A DNA stretch of 59,878 bases from Syntrophomonadaceae bacterium (GCA_007132095.1 SLPH01000064.1:1-59878), one strand, 5' to 3'; shown: positions 32,084 through 41,109, counted from the first letter of the stretch. Translations and numbers: made by a program. Notes: generated by a model not told the origin, from the sequence alone.

Positions 32084-33307
32084 ATGGTGAAACAGATTCG
32101 GACAATCGAAGAGATAAATGAAAAGATTCGGGCAGGCAAAGTTGTGGTTATGACTGCCGAAGAAGTAATCGGCCTGGTTGAGGAAAAAGGAGTCAACGAA
32201 GCCGCTGCGGCGGTGGATGTTGTAACTACGGGAACATTTGGCCCCATGTGCTCCTCCGGTGTATTTCTCAACCTTGGCCATCCGCAGCCCAGGATCAAGA
32301 TCAACGAAGCTTACCTGAACGGGGTTCCGGCCTATGCGGGAATTGCAGCGGTTGATATATACCTTGGCGCTACCGCTCTTCCGCCGAGAGATCCGGCCAA
32401 CAGGAATTACCCGGGAGAATTTGTCTATGGCGGGGCACATGTTATTGAAGACCTTGTAGCTGGCAAAGAGATTCGCCTCGATGCATCCTCTTACGGAACC
32501 GATTGCTACCCCTTAAAGCGGATCAAGACCAGTTTCAGGCTGGCTGAAATAAACGAGGCCACCCTCTATAATCCCCGCAACGCCTACCAGAATTATAACG
32601 TGGCCGTAAATCTTGGCCAGAAGAATATTTACACCTACATGGGTATTTTGAAGCCGAACCTTGGCAATGCCAACTATAGTTCGGCCGGGCAGCTAAGTCC
32701 GCTTTTCAATGATCCTTACCTGAAAACAATCGGTATAGGAACGCGCCTCTTCCTCGGCGGGGGAATCGGCTACGTTGCCTGGAACGGTACGCAGCATAAC
32801 CCGTCGGCGGAACGCGGCAGTACGGGAGTCCCCAATTACCCGGCAGCAACCCTGGCCCTGGTTGGCGATCTGAAACAGATGAAGCCGCGCTGGCTCAGGG
32901 GCCTGAGCTATCTCGGCTACGGGGCAACTCTGCAGGTGGGGGTAGGTATTCCCATCCCAATTCTTGACGAAGGAATGATGTCGCACTGCGCAATTCGCGA
33001 CGAAGAAATTATGGCCCCAATTCTTGACTACCAGAGAGCCTATCCCTACCGCGAAAGCGGGAACCTGGGCCTGGTAAGCTATGCCGATTTAAAAAGCGGC
33101 TCCATCACGGTGAGCGGGAAAAAGGTTCCTACCGCATCGCTGTCGAGTTATGCCGGGGCAAGGGAAATTGCGGAAACCCTGAAAGAATGGATCAGCGGCG
33201 GTGATTTCGAGCTGACCAGCCCCGCTGCTTCCCTGCCTGCTCATGATGCCGGTATCAGCCTTAAGCCTATGCCGCAAAGAGATCCTGATGGACAGGAGGA
33301 CCAGTAA
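32084..33307 (+). CDS. Homocysteine biosynthesis protein / L-aspartate semialdehyde sulfurtransferase (COG1900, MA1821-like)
   Basis: RTIEEINEKI..GKVVVMTAEE, VDVVTTGTFGPMCSSG, YGGAHVIEDLV.G, RNAYQNY, NDPY..TIGIGT, WNGTQHNP; ATG after GGAGGAG. Confidence 0.9.
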   Translation: MVKQIRTIEEINEKIRAGKVVVMTAEEVIGLVEEKGVNEAAAAVDVVTTGTFGPMCSSGVFLNLGHPQPRIKINEAYLNGVPAYAGIAAVDIYLGATALPPRDPANRNYPGEFVYGGAHVIEDLVAGKEIRLDASSYGTDCYPLKRIKTSFRLAEINEATLYNPRNAYQNYNVAVNLGQKNIYTYMGILKPNLGNANYSSAGQLSPLFNDPYLKTIGIGTRLFLGGGIGYVAWNGTQHNPSAERGSTGVPNYPAATLALVGDLKQMKPRWLRGLSYLGYGATLQVGVGIPIPILDEGMMSHCAIRDEEIMAPILDYQRAYPYRESGNLGLVSYADLKSGSITVSGKKVPTASLSSYAGAREIAETLKEWISGGDFELTSPAASLPAHDAGISLKPMPQRDPDGQEDQ

Positions 33308-33309
33308 TT

Positions 33310-33735
33310 ATGATTAAACAGAAAATTGTGCTGCGCTTCCCCCCGCATGTGGTTGAGCAGCCCACGATATATCACCTGATTAAAGACTACGATCTGATGG
33401 TGAATATCCTGCGGGCTGATATTAACCCCCGCAAAGAAGGGCGCCTGATGATGGAGCTTAGCGGCAGTGAGTCAAATTACCAGCGGGCCCTGGAATGGAT
33501 GAAAGAGCAGGGGCTTAAAATTATAAGCCTTGAACAGCAGATTATCTGGCAGCAGGATCGCTGTACTCACTGCGGCGCCTGCACTGTGATCTGTCCTACC
33601 GGGGCGCTCTGTTTTACCCGGCCGGAAATGACTGTCCGGTTTGCCGAAGAAAAATGCGTTGTCTGCGAACTCTGCCTGCGGGCTTGCCCGGCTCGGGCGA
33701 TGGAAACCCTGGTTGACAGTGAAAATAGTCTATGA
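33310..33735 (+). CDS. NIL domain + 2x[4Fe-4S] ferredoxin (MA1822-like)
   Basis: YDLMVNILRADI (NIL); CTHCGACTVICP and CVVCELCLRACP. Confidence 0.9.
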   Translation: MIKQKIVLRFPPHVVEQPTIYHLIKDYDLMVNILRADINPRKEGRLMMELSGSESNYQRALEWMKEQGLKIISLEQQIIWQQDRCTHCGACTVICPTGALCFTRPEMTVRFAEEKCVVCELCLRACPARAMETLVDSENSL

Positions 33736-34487
33736 GCGGGAAGCGGGTTTACCGGAAAGAGCTGAACAGCGAGCGGTTAACCTCTTTCAGGGTAACAGTC
33801 AAAGAAACGGATCTCTGGATTGCCGTTAACAGCGCAAGCTATGATCAGCAGCTGCCCCAGTTAATAGAGCAATATGTCTGGGGATTACGCCGCCAGTTGG
33901 AACAATACCTTGCTGCCGAACCTGCTTTTGCGGCGGCGCTTGGCCTCTATTTAGTCGGCGATAACGCTCCGCCTATTGCCCGGGAGATGGCAGTTGCGGC
34001 AAACCGGGTCGGTGTCGGTCCCATGGCAGCCGTAGCAGGCGCTTTTGCTCAATCTGTGGGGCTGGAGCTTTTAAATTGTTCCCCCGAGGTGATTGTTGAA
34101 AATGGCGGCGATGTTTTCCTTAAAGTTGACGCGCCCGTTCTGGTTGGTATTCACGCCGGCAGCTCTGCCTTAAGTGACAAGCTTGCGCTTCAGGTTGATC
34201 CGGAGCAAACACCCCTGGGCGTCTGCACCTCTTCCGGCAGCGTGGGACCGTCCTACAGTGCCGGAAAAGCCGATGCTGCCGTGGTGGTTGCAGAGTCAGC
34301 CTCTTTGGCAGACGCCGCCGCTACTGCACTTGGCAATAGCGTGTCCGGTCCGGAGGACCTTGAAAAAGCGTTTAGTTTTATGCCGGAGGTTGAAGGAATA
34401 TGCGGGGGTTTACTAATCTATGCCGATCAGCTTGCCGCCTGGGGGAGGATTAATCTTAAAAAGACGGGCTCTCTCAGGGAGGATTAA
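33732..34487 (+). CDS. UPF0280/ApbE-like protein (COG2122, MA1715-like)
   Basis: VKETDLWI, VGPMAAVAGA, VENGGD, GVCTSSGSVG.S.S.G.ADA, ADAAATALGN. Confidence 0.88.
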   Translation: MSGKRVYRKELNSERLTSFRVTVKETDLWIAVNSASYDQQLPQLIEQYVWGLRRQLEQYLAAEPAFAAALGLYLVGDNAPPIAREMAVAANRVGVGPMAAVAGAFAQSVGLELLNCSPEVIVENGGDVFLKVDAPVLVGIHAGSSALSDKLALQVDPEQTPLGVCTSSGSVGPSYSAGKADAAVVVAESASLADAAATALGNSVSGPEDLEKAFSFMPEVEGICGGLLIYADQLAAWGRINLKKTGSLRED

Positions 34488-34684
34488 CGCGGCAGGTTCT
34501 TTGAAGCACCCACATCACCAAGAATAAAATGCTCCAAATCCGCTCGTGATTGAAAGCTGGCATTGAAGGGATTTTGAATTGCATTGATATTTACCTGTGC
34601 CGGTATAATGGAAAAATCGACAGGAATGAATCAACCTCAGTTTGGTCCATTGATAGGGTTGGCCCTGTTCGGGAGGTAATTATT

Positions 34685-35212
34685 TTGGGTATTCGCGGAT
34701 TTGACAAATACAGGCCAAAATTGGCGGCCGATGTTTTTATCGCACCGGGTTCTTTTGTTATCGGCAGGGTTGAAATTGGTCAATTCTCCAGCGTCTGGTT
34801 TAACGCGGTTGTGAGGGGCGATATAGACTGGATTCGAATCGGCTCTGAATCAAACATTCAGGATAATGCCACGGTGCATGTCGACCGGGATAAGCCGACG
34901 ATAATCGGCAATAAAGTAACAATCGGTCACAACGCTATGCTTCATGGCTGCACTATCGAAGACGGGATCCTGATCGGGATTGGCAGCGTCATCCTGAATG
35001 GAGCTGTTATCGGCCGGGACAGCATTATAGCGGCAAACAGCCTGGTTTCCCCCGGCAAAGTTATCCCGCCAAGGTCGCTGGTGATGGGATCGCCGGGAAA
35101 AATAGTTAAAACTTTAAGCGATGAAGAAATTCCGGTTAACGGAGGTTACCATCAGCGTTACGTGGACCTGGCCAGGCAATACCTCTCTTATGAAAGCGGG
35201 AACCTCGCCTAA
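34685..35212 (+). CDS. Gamma carbonic anhydrase family (YrdA-like) protein
   Basis: Hexapeptide repeats, VWFNAVVRGD, SNIQDN..VH, IGHNAMLHGC; TTG after GGGAGGT. Confidence 0.9.
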   Translation: MGIRGFDKYRPKLAADVFIAPGSFVIGRVEIGQFSSVWFNAVVRGDIDWIRIGSESNIQDNATVHVDRDKPTIIGNKVTIGHNAMLHGCTIEDGILIGIGSVILNGAVIGRDSIIAANSLVSPGKVIPPRSLVMGSPGKIVKTLSDEEIPVNGGYHQRYVDLARQYLSYESGNLA

Positions 35213-35252
35213 CCGTACCAGGGCCCGCTTCTCTTAAGCGGGCTGGGGGATC

Positions 35253-35281
35253 TTGATCACAGCCCTTTTCCGGGTTATAAT
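35253..35281 (+). promoter_or_regulatory. sigma-A promoter of tRNA gene
   Basis: TTGATC-17 nt-TATAAT followed by a GC-rich discriminator-like stretch. Confidence 0.65.
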
Positions 35282-35314
35282 TAAATCCGCCTTGGTTTAA
35301 CAGCGCTTGTTCAA

Positions 35315-35390
35315 GCCGGCATAGCTCAATTGGTAGAGCAGCTGAATCGTAATCAGCAGGTTGGGGGTTCAAGTCCTCTTGCCGGCTCCA
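35315..35390 (+). tRNA. tRNA-Thr (anticodon CGT)
   Basis: Cloverleaf: GCCGGCA/TGCCGGC acceptor stem, GCTC/GAGC D stem, GCTGA-ATCGTAA-TCAGC anticodon arm, TTCAAGT T loop, encoded CCA. Confidence 0.95.
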
Positions 35391-35653
35391 TCTACAGCCC
35401 TTTCCTATCAGCGGAACTGGGCTTCTTCTTTCCCGCAAAACGTAATAAGCTACAACAGCTTTATCTTAGTTCCGCTTTCAGCGCTTCCATTAAGTGTGCT
35501 CCATTAATTCAGTTAAATCTCCCCGTTTTTTGGTAATTCTACATTTAATTTTTTGAATATAGCGCTGATTCGTGGCGGAGGCAGGATTTTTAGGCACCGG
35601 GCATAGAATAGTAAATATAGAAAAAACTATGATCAGATCGAGGAGGTATAAGC

Positions 35654-36325
35654 ATGCCTGAAATTACATTCCTGGGACACGCTACTTTCGAGCTTGGCGA
35701 AGAAGGTAAGGAACTTTTGCTGTTTGATCCCTTTATCACGGATAACCCCCTGATGCCGAAAAAGCTGGAGGACATGAAAGCGGATTATATTTTGGTTTCG
35801 CACGGGCACTTTGATCACCTTGGTGATGCTTACGAAATAGCTAAAAACAACGATTCCATGATTATCTCCACGGCTGAGATTGCTACCCAGGCCGGAGAAA
35901 AAGGCTTAAAATCGCATCCCCAACACCTGGGTGGCAGGCACAGGTATCCCTTTGGCTCGGTTAAGCTGACCCTTGCCTTTCACGGGGCAGGTATACCCGG
36001 GGGGCACGCCTGCGGGTTTGTAGTAAATTATTATGGCAAAAACATTTATTTCCCGGGTGATACCGGCCTTTTCGGCGACATGAAGCTGATTGGCGAGCTC
36101 GATCCCCTTGACGTGGCCCTGCTGCCGATTGGAGACAATTTCACCATGGGAATAGATGACGCAGTCGTTGCCGCCTCCTTCTTAAAAGCAAAAACTGTAA
36201 TCCCCTACCATTACAACACCTGGCCTTTAATTGAAGCCGATCCGGAAGAGTTTAAAAAGAAAGTTGAAGCGAAGACTGACAGCAAATGTGTGATTGTTCC
36301 TCCCGGAGAAAGCTACAGCTTTTAA
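35654..36325 (+). CDS. UPF0173 metal-dependent hydrolase (MBL fold)
   Basis: ITFLGHA, DPFITDNP, SHGHFDHLGD, GDTGLFGDM, LPIGDNFTMG, PYHYNTW. Confidence 0.9.
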   Translation: MPEITFLGHATFELGEEGKELLLFDPFITDNPLMPKKLEDMKADYILVSHGHFDHLGDAYEIAKNNDSMIISTAEIATQAGEKGLKSHPQHLGGRHRYPFGSVKLTLAFHGAGIPGGHACGFVVNYYGKNIYFPGDTGLFGDMKLIGELDPLDVALLPIGDNFTMGIDDAVVAASFLKAKTVIPYHYNTWPLIEADPEEFKKKVEAKTDSKCVIVPPGESYSF

Positions 36326-36376
36326 CCTCTTTTGTGCCAGTATGATCGTTTAACCACATGGATAGCCTCTATCAGC

Positions 36377-36409
36377 GGCCCGCTTTTAAAGTAAGCGGGC
36401 CTTGTTTTT
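36377..36409 (+). terminator. Intrinsic terminator
   Basis: GGCCCGCTT-TTAAAGT-AAGCGGGCC followed by TTGTTTTT. Confidence 0.8.
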
Positions 36410-36673
36410 GTGAATTTAACCCAGCCGGACGAAGCCCTGGTGATCGGCGAGTTGAAAAAACACAAAAACCATTTTCCTCCGAAATGCATTGCCGCAAGGC
36501 TTCCCGGCCTAACCGTGTAAATTTAGGCGTAAAGTAAGAAAGCGGCGTACTTTCTGTAATTATCCGGTATGTTCCGAAAGGGCTGATCAGTTTGCCGGAA
36601 ATAGGTGAATATAGTAATATTAAAGAAGGCGATAAGAACATTTCCTAATAAAGGAGCCTAAACTTATACAGAT

Positions 36674-37591
36674 ATGACAACTATGAGTTTGCCTGATTTA
36701 AGAAAATCGTTTGACCGGGCCGGGTATATCTGTGATGAAGTGACCTCACTGACAGTATACCTTGCCCTTGAGCTTCAGAAACCCCTGCTCATCGAGGGTG
36801 CGCCCGGTGTAGGGAAGACCGAAATGGGCAAAGTGTTGGCTGAACTGCTCGATACAGACCTGATCCGCCTGCAGTGCTACGAAGGGCTTGATGAAACTAA
36901 AGCACTTTATGAATGGAACTACCAGCGTCAGCTTTTGCGGATCCAGATGGATCGCGAGCTGGGTGAGGGAAAGATCAGCGAAGAAGATCTTTTTTCGGAT
37001 CGTTACCTGCTGGAAAGGCCTTTATTAAAAGCGATTCGTTCAGAAAAACGCTCGGTCCTGCTGATAGATGAGGTAGATAAGTGCGATCCTGAGTTCGAGG
37101 CTTTTCTCTTTGAAGTGCTGTCCGATTTTCAGGTTTCCATACCCGAGTTGGGGACTATCCCGGCCCGTAATATACCGGTCGTAGTGCTGACCAGCAACAA
37201 CGAGAGAGAGCTATCAGACGGTCTGAAAAGACGCTGTATCTATCTCTATCTTGAGTTTCCCGAGGTTGAAAAAGAGGTCCGGATCATCAAGGCCAAGGTC
37301 CCCGGGGTTGCCGATCGGCTGGCCTGGGAAACTGCGCGGGTGATCTCCAGGCTCAGGCAGCAGTCTGAGCTGAGGAAAAAACCATCTATTGCTGAAACCC
37401 TTGACTGGGTCACGGCCTTAGTATCCCTGAACCGCACCCGCCTTGACGGCAGAACAGTATCAGAAACGCTTAATCTTGTTTTAAAAAACCACGCCGACAG
37501 GCAGGTGTTCGACCTGCAGCTGGGTGAGCGCGGAGTGGAAGAAATCCTGAAAGAGTCCGGAGGCGGGGGGGATATTTGCGGATGCCGTTAA
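36674..37591 (+). CDS. MoxR-family AAA+ ATPase (CoxD-like)
   Basis: EGAPGVGKTE, IRLQCYEGLDE.KALYEWNYQRQLL, LLIDEVDK, RELSDGLKRRC, KKPSIAETLDW. Confidence 0.9.
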   Translation: MTTMSLPDLRKSFDRAGYICDEVTSLTVYLALELQKPLLIEGAPGVGKTEMGKVLAELLDTDLIRLQCYEGLDETKALYEWNYQRQLLRIQMDRELGEGKISEEDLFSDRYLLERPLLKAIRSEKRSVLLIDEVDKCDPEFEAFLFEVLSDFQVSIPELGTIPARNIPVVVLTSNNERELSDGLKRRCIYLYLEFPEVEKEVRIIKAKVPGVADRLAWETARVISRLRQQSELRKKPSIAETLDWVTALVSLNRTRLDGRTVSETLNLVLKNHADRQVFDLQLGERGVEEILKESGGGGDICGCR

Positions 37592-38907
37592 CTGAAGAGA
37601 CCGGACAGGGCGGTTACCTGGAGGAGAACCTTTCTTCGTTCTGCTTTCTTTTACGCAATGAAGGTTTACCGGTTGGCACAACCGAACTGATTGATGCCCT
37701 TCATGCCCTGACCAGGATCGACTCAACCCGCCGCATGGAGTTTAAAGCGGCCCTGCAGGCCACCCTGGTGAAGAGCAGCCGCGACAGGGCAGTTTTTGAT
37801 CGCCTCTTTGATCAATACTTTGTGCCCGCCGAACAGCACCAGATGAGAAGCGAACTGCTGGAGCGGCAGAAAGAAAAGCGGGTCCGCAGTATTGATCAGG
37901 CCAGCTCGGATTTGCAATTTAAGGGCGAAACCCTTCAGTTGAACCCGGAAGAGCTATATCAATACAGTGCTCTCTCCAGCGACCAGCGCGATAAGCTCCT
38001 GGATTTTGTGACCAAAACGGAGCAGGGCAAGAATGTGCAACCCCGTTTCCGGCCCCTGCTCGAAACTGTAGTGAAAAGTCACCTGCGTTATTGTCGCAAC
38101 CAGGATGACAGGGTAGAACCCGGAAAGGGAATATCCGGCTCGGGGCAGGGGGCAGGATCGGGCGGCCCCGACGAACTGGCTCTACGTGATGTGGATATCA
38201 GGACTATAGCAGCTGCAGATTTGCCTGCCGCAGAACAGCTGCTGCAAAGACTGTCGCGAAAGCTGGCCGTAAAACTAATGCGCAGGAGGCGTTATGGATC
38301 GCGCAGCGGCCCCATTGACCTGCGTCGCTCACTGCGGGACAATATGCGTTTTGGCGGAGTTATATTTAATATCAGGCGCAGGCCCAAGCGGCGTCACCGC
38401 CAGCAGATCCTTTTACTCTGTGACTTTTCCGGCTCCATGAAAAGGTACAGCACATTTGTGATCCATTTTCTTTACGGTTTACGGGAGGTAGTTCGTGATC
38501 TATCCTGCTTCTCCTTTTCCGATCGCCTTCAGGATCTCACACCTGATATTAAAGATCGGGTTGCCTTGAAAATAATGCTTGACCGGGTAGTCCGCCGCAG
38601 TAAAACCTGGGGAGGAGGTACCGATATCGGCTGCTCCCTGGAAGATTTGCGCACAAAGCATGCCGGGACGCTCAACAGTCGAACCACCGTTATTGTGGTC
38701 AGCGATACGAGGACAGTATCTCTTAATGCTGCTTACCGGGAATTGTCCCTTCTAAGAGAAGAGGTAAGGCGGATCATCTGGCTGAACCCGCTGCCGCCGC
38801 AACAGTGGGCCGATTACCGTTCGGTGGAACTTTTTTCTGAAACAGCTGAAATGTGGCCCTGCAGCACAATTGCCCAACTGGAAGATATTCTAATCGGTCG
38901 GCTTTAA
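37582..38907 (+). CDS. CoxE-like VWA domain protein
   Basis: IDLRRSLR.N, MIDAS LLCDFSGSM, WGGGTDIG, VVSD, IIWLNP; overlaps the coxD-like stop. Confidence 0.88.
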   Translation: MPLTEETGQGGYLEENLSSFCFLLRNEGLPVGTTELIDALHALTRIDSTRRMEFKAALQATLVKSSRDRAVFDRLFDQYFVPAEQHQMRSELLERQKEKRVRSIDQASSDLQFKGETLQLNPEELYQYSALSSDQRDKLLDFVTKTEQGKNVQPRFRPLLETVVKSHLRYCRNQDDRVEPGKGISGSGQGAGSGGPDELALRDVDIRTIAAADLPAAEQLLQRLSRKLAVKLMRRRRYGSRSGPIDLRRSLRDNMRFGGVIFNIRRRPKRRHRQQILLLCDFSGSMKRYSTFVIHFLYGLREVVRDLSCFSFSDRLQDLTPDIKDRVALKIMLDRVVRRSKTWGGGTDIGCSLEDLRTKHAGTLNSRTTVIVVSDTRTVSLNAAYRELSLLREEVRRIIWLNPLPPQQWADYRSVELFSETAEMWPCSTIAQLEDILIGRL

Positions 38908-39048
38908 GTCTGACACACCCGGCCATCTCTTTGACGGGGCCTGTAAACCACAGAAAGCGGTTCAATTGTTTTGATTTAACCCCAAATGATTTATGTTGGG
39001 TTATAATAACTGTATGTTTTAGCGATCTCAAGCAGGAGGAATCTAATA

Positions 39049-39804
39049 ATGACAAAACGTATCGCCGTCGCCGGTAAAGGTGGCACAGGAAAAACTACAC
39101 TAACCGCGCTCCTTATCCGCTACCTCATTGAAAACAGGCCCGGCAAAAGTATTCTCGCCGTTGATGCAGATGCAAATGCCAACCTGAATGAGGCGCTCGG
39201 GCTGGAAGTAAGGGATACGATCGGCACCATTCTCGAAGACACGAAGAAACCAAATGCCGTTCCCACGGGAATGACCAAGGATATATTTATTGAATACAGG
39301 CTCAGCCAGGCCCTGGTTGAAGAAAAAGCTTTCGACCTGCTGGTTATGGGTAATCCCCAGGGTCCGGGTTGTTATTGCTATCCCAACGATCTTCTAAAGA
39401 ACTATCTTGAAAAGGTCAGCAAAAATTATGATTACATGGTTATTGATAACGAAGCCGGCCTGGAACACTTAAGCAGGAGACTGCTGCCTATGGTCGATCT
39501 GCTCCTGGTGACCAGCGATTCTTCCGCGCGCGGGATCAGATCAGCCGGGCGTGTTCGGGAAATTGTTGAAACGGTGAAGATAGCTGTTTCAAAGATGGGC
39601 CTGGTGATCGGACGCAGCCGAACCGGCGACAGAGAACAGCTGGCAGGAGAAGTTGAAAACAGCGGTTTGAACTTGTTTGGAGAAATTCCCTATGACAACC
39701 TGGTGGTGGAATATGACCTAAACGGCAAAGCTCTTCTAAGTTTGCCGGATGAATCGGACGCAGTAGCCGCTTCCACGAAATTGTTCGATCAGCTGGACCT
39801 CTGA
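39049..39804 (+). CDS. cooC: CooC/AcsF nickel-insertion ATPase for CODH/ACS
   Basis: Deviant Walker A GKGGTGKTT, VDADAN.NL, GPGCYC (Ni-binding CxC), DNEAGLEHLSR. Confidence 0.92.
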   Translation: MTKRIAVAGKGGTGKTTLTALLIRYLIENRPGKSILAVDADANANLNEALGLEVRDTIGTILEDTKKPNAVPTGMTKDIFIEYRLSQALVEEKAFDLLVMGNPQGPGCYCYPNDLLKNYLEKVSKNYDYMVIDNEAGLEHLSRRLLPMVDLLLVTSDSSARGIRSAGRVREIVETVKIAVSKMGLVIGRSRTGDREQLAGEVENSGLNLFGEIPYDNLVVEYDLNGKALLSLPDESDAVAASTKLFDQLDL

Positions 39805-39892
39805 TTTCTTTAAGGCTAGTCGAGCAGCCCTATAATCGCTTTCAGCAGCGCGCGCAGCTTTGCGTTAATAACGAAACGGGGAGATGATCCAC

Positions 39893-40537
39893 ATGCCATT
39901 TACCGATCGACTTGAAGCAGGGAATCGCTTAGCCGAAAAACTGGCTCACTACCATGGCCAAAACCCCCTGATACTCGCCGTTCCCCGCGGGGGCGTTGCC
40001 GTAGCTGAACCGATCCTGGAGAAAATAGGCGGAGAGCTCGACCTGATCATAACCCGCAAAATCGGCGCGCCTCACCAGCGCGAGCTCGCTATCGGTGCGG
40101 TAACAGGAGATGGCTATGCCATGCTAAACGATGAACTTATTTCGCGGCTCGGCATTTTTCCCGATTATGTCAGAAAAGCGAGGGATAAAGAAGTCGAAGA
40201 GATTGCCCGCCGACTTCGGCTGTACAGGGGCGATCGACCCGAGCCTAAATATGAAGGGCGCCCGGTGATATTGGTCGATGATGGTGTGGCAACCGGTTAC
40301 ACTCTCCTCGCGGCCCTGCGCAGCCTGCAGGAAAAGAAGCTGGAAAAGCTTGTTCTGGCAGTTCCCGTTGGTCCTCCTGAAACCTTCAGGAAGCTTGAAA
40401 AGGAAGTTGATGAGCTCATATTCCTTGAAGCGCCCGAAGATTTTGCGGCAGTAGGGCAGTTTTACTTAAAGTTTGACCAGGTCAGCGACAGTTCTGTGGC
40501 AGATACACTCAACCGGGCCTGGTCGGGCAACCGGTAA
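39893..40537 (+). CDS. Phosphoribosyltransferase-family protein
   Basis: F.DR.EAG..LA, AVPRGG, RKIGAP...ELAIGAV, ILVDDGVATG, FAAVGQFY. Confidence 0.88.
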   Translation: MPFTDRLEAGNRLAEKLAHYHGQNPLILAVPRGGVAVAEPILEKIGGELDLIITRKIGAPHQRELAIGAVTGDGYAMLNDELISRLGIFPDYVRKARDKEVEEIARRLRLYRGDRPEPKYEGRPVILVDDGVATGYTLLAALRSLQEKKLEKLVLAVPVGPPETFRKLEKEVDELIFLEAPEDFAAVGQFYLKFDQVSDSSVADTLNRAWSGNR

Positions 40538-40589
40538 CAGGTTTTCTGCTTTTGTGAGCAGGCTAAAATAACAACAGGGGCTGATTGCC

Positions 40590-41039
40590 ATTAAAGAAGC
40601 ATGTCTTGATATAAAAGCGATTCAATCAATACTGCCCCACCGCTATCCTTTTTTGCTGGTGGACAAAATTACCGGCCTGGAGCCGGGAAAAAGCGCTTCA
40701 GGCTTAAAAAATGTTACTGTGAATGAGCCCTTTTTCCAGGGGCATTTTCCCGGAGAACCGATTATGCCGGGAGTCCTGATCATAGAAGCGCTGGCCCAGG
40801 TAGGCGGAGTGGCTATTTTAAGCATGCCTGAAAATGAAAATAAGCTTGCTCTTTTCACGGGAATAGAAAAGTTTCGTTTCAAAAAAATAGTCAGACCCGG
40901 TGACTGCCTGAACATGACCGTCACCTTAACAGCCATGCGCCGCAACATCGGTAAAGGCGAAGCTGAAGCGCGCGTAGACGGCGCTGTTGCCGCTTCCGGA
41001 GAACTCTGGTTTGCGCTTGCTGACAGGGATAGCCTTTAG
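40590..41039 (+). CDS. fabZ: 3-hydroxyacyl-ACP dehydratase FabZ; start non-canonical or uncertain
   Basis: In-frame [45 protein letters not shown]. The first canonical in-frame start (TTG 40653) lies downstream of the conserved LPHRYPF motif. Confidence 0.9.
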   Translation: MKEACLDIKAIQSILPHRYPFLLVDKITGLEPGKSASGLKNVTVNEPFFQGHFPGEPIMPGVLIIEALAQVGGVAILSMPENENKLALFTGIEKFRFKKIVRPGDCLNMTVTLTAMRRNIGKGEAEARVDGAVAASGELWFALADRDSL

Positions 41040-41109
41040 CGAGGATTCCTTTTGCGATGAAGTGATAGATGAGTTGAAAGGGACGTTGCTGATTGAAATG
41101 TTTTTCTGA

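Noticed and set aside
35136-35536. ORFs overlapping the tRNA
   Set aside because: Translations of the tRNA-Thr sequence and its flanks.
35391-35653. Possible integrated element at the tRNA 3' end
   Set aside because: No integrase, no duplicated tRNA 3' end seen, and flanking genes are housekeeping.
36408-36425. Rex operator (TTGTGAA half-site)
   Set aside because: The second half-site is absent, and the match overlaps the terminator U-tract.
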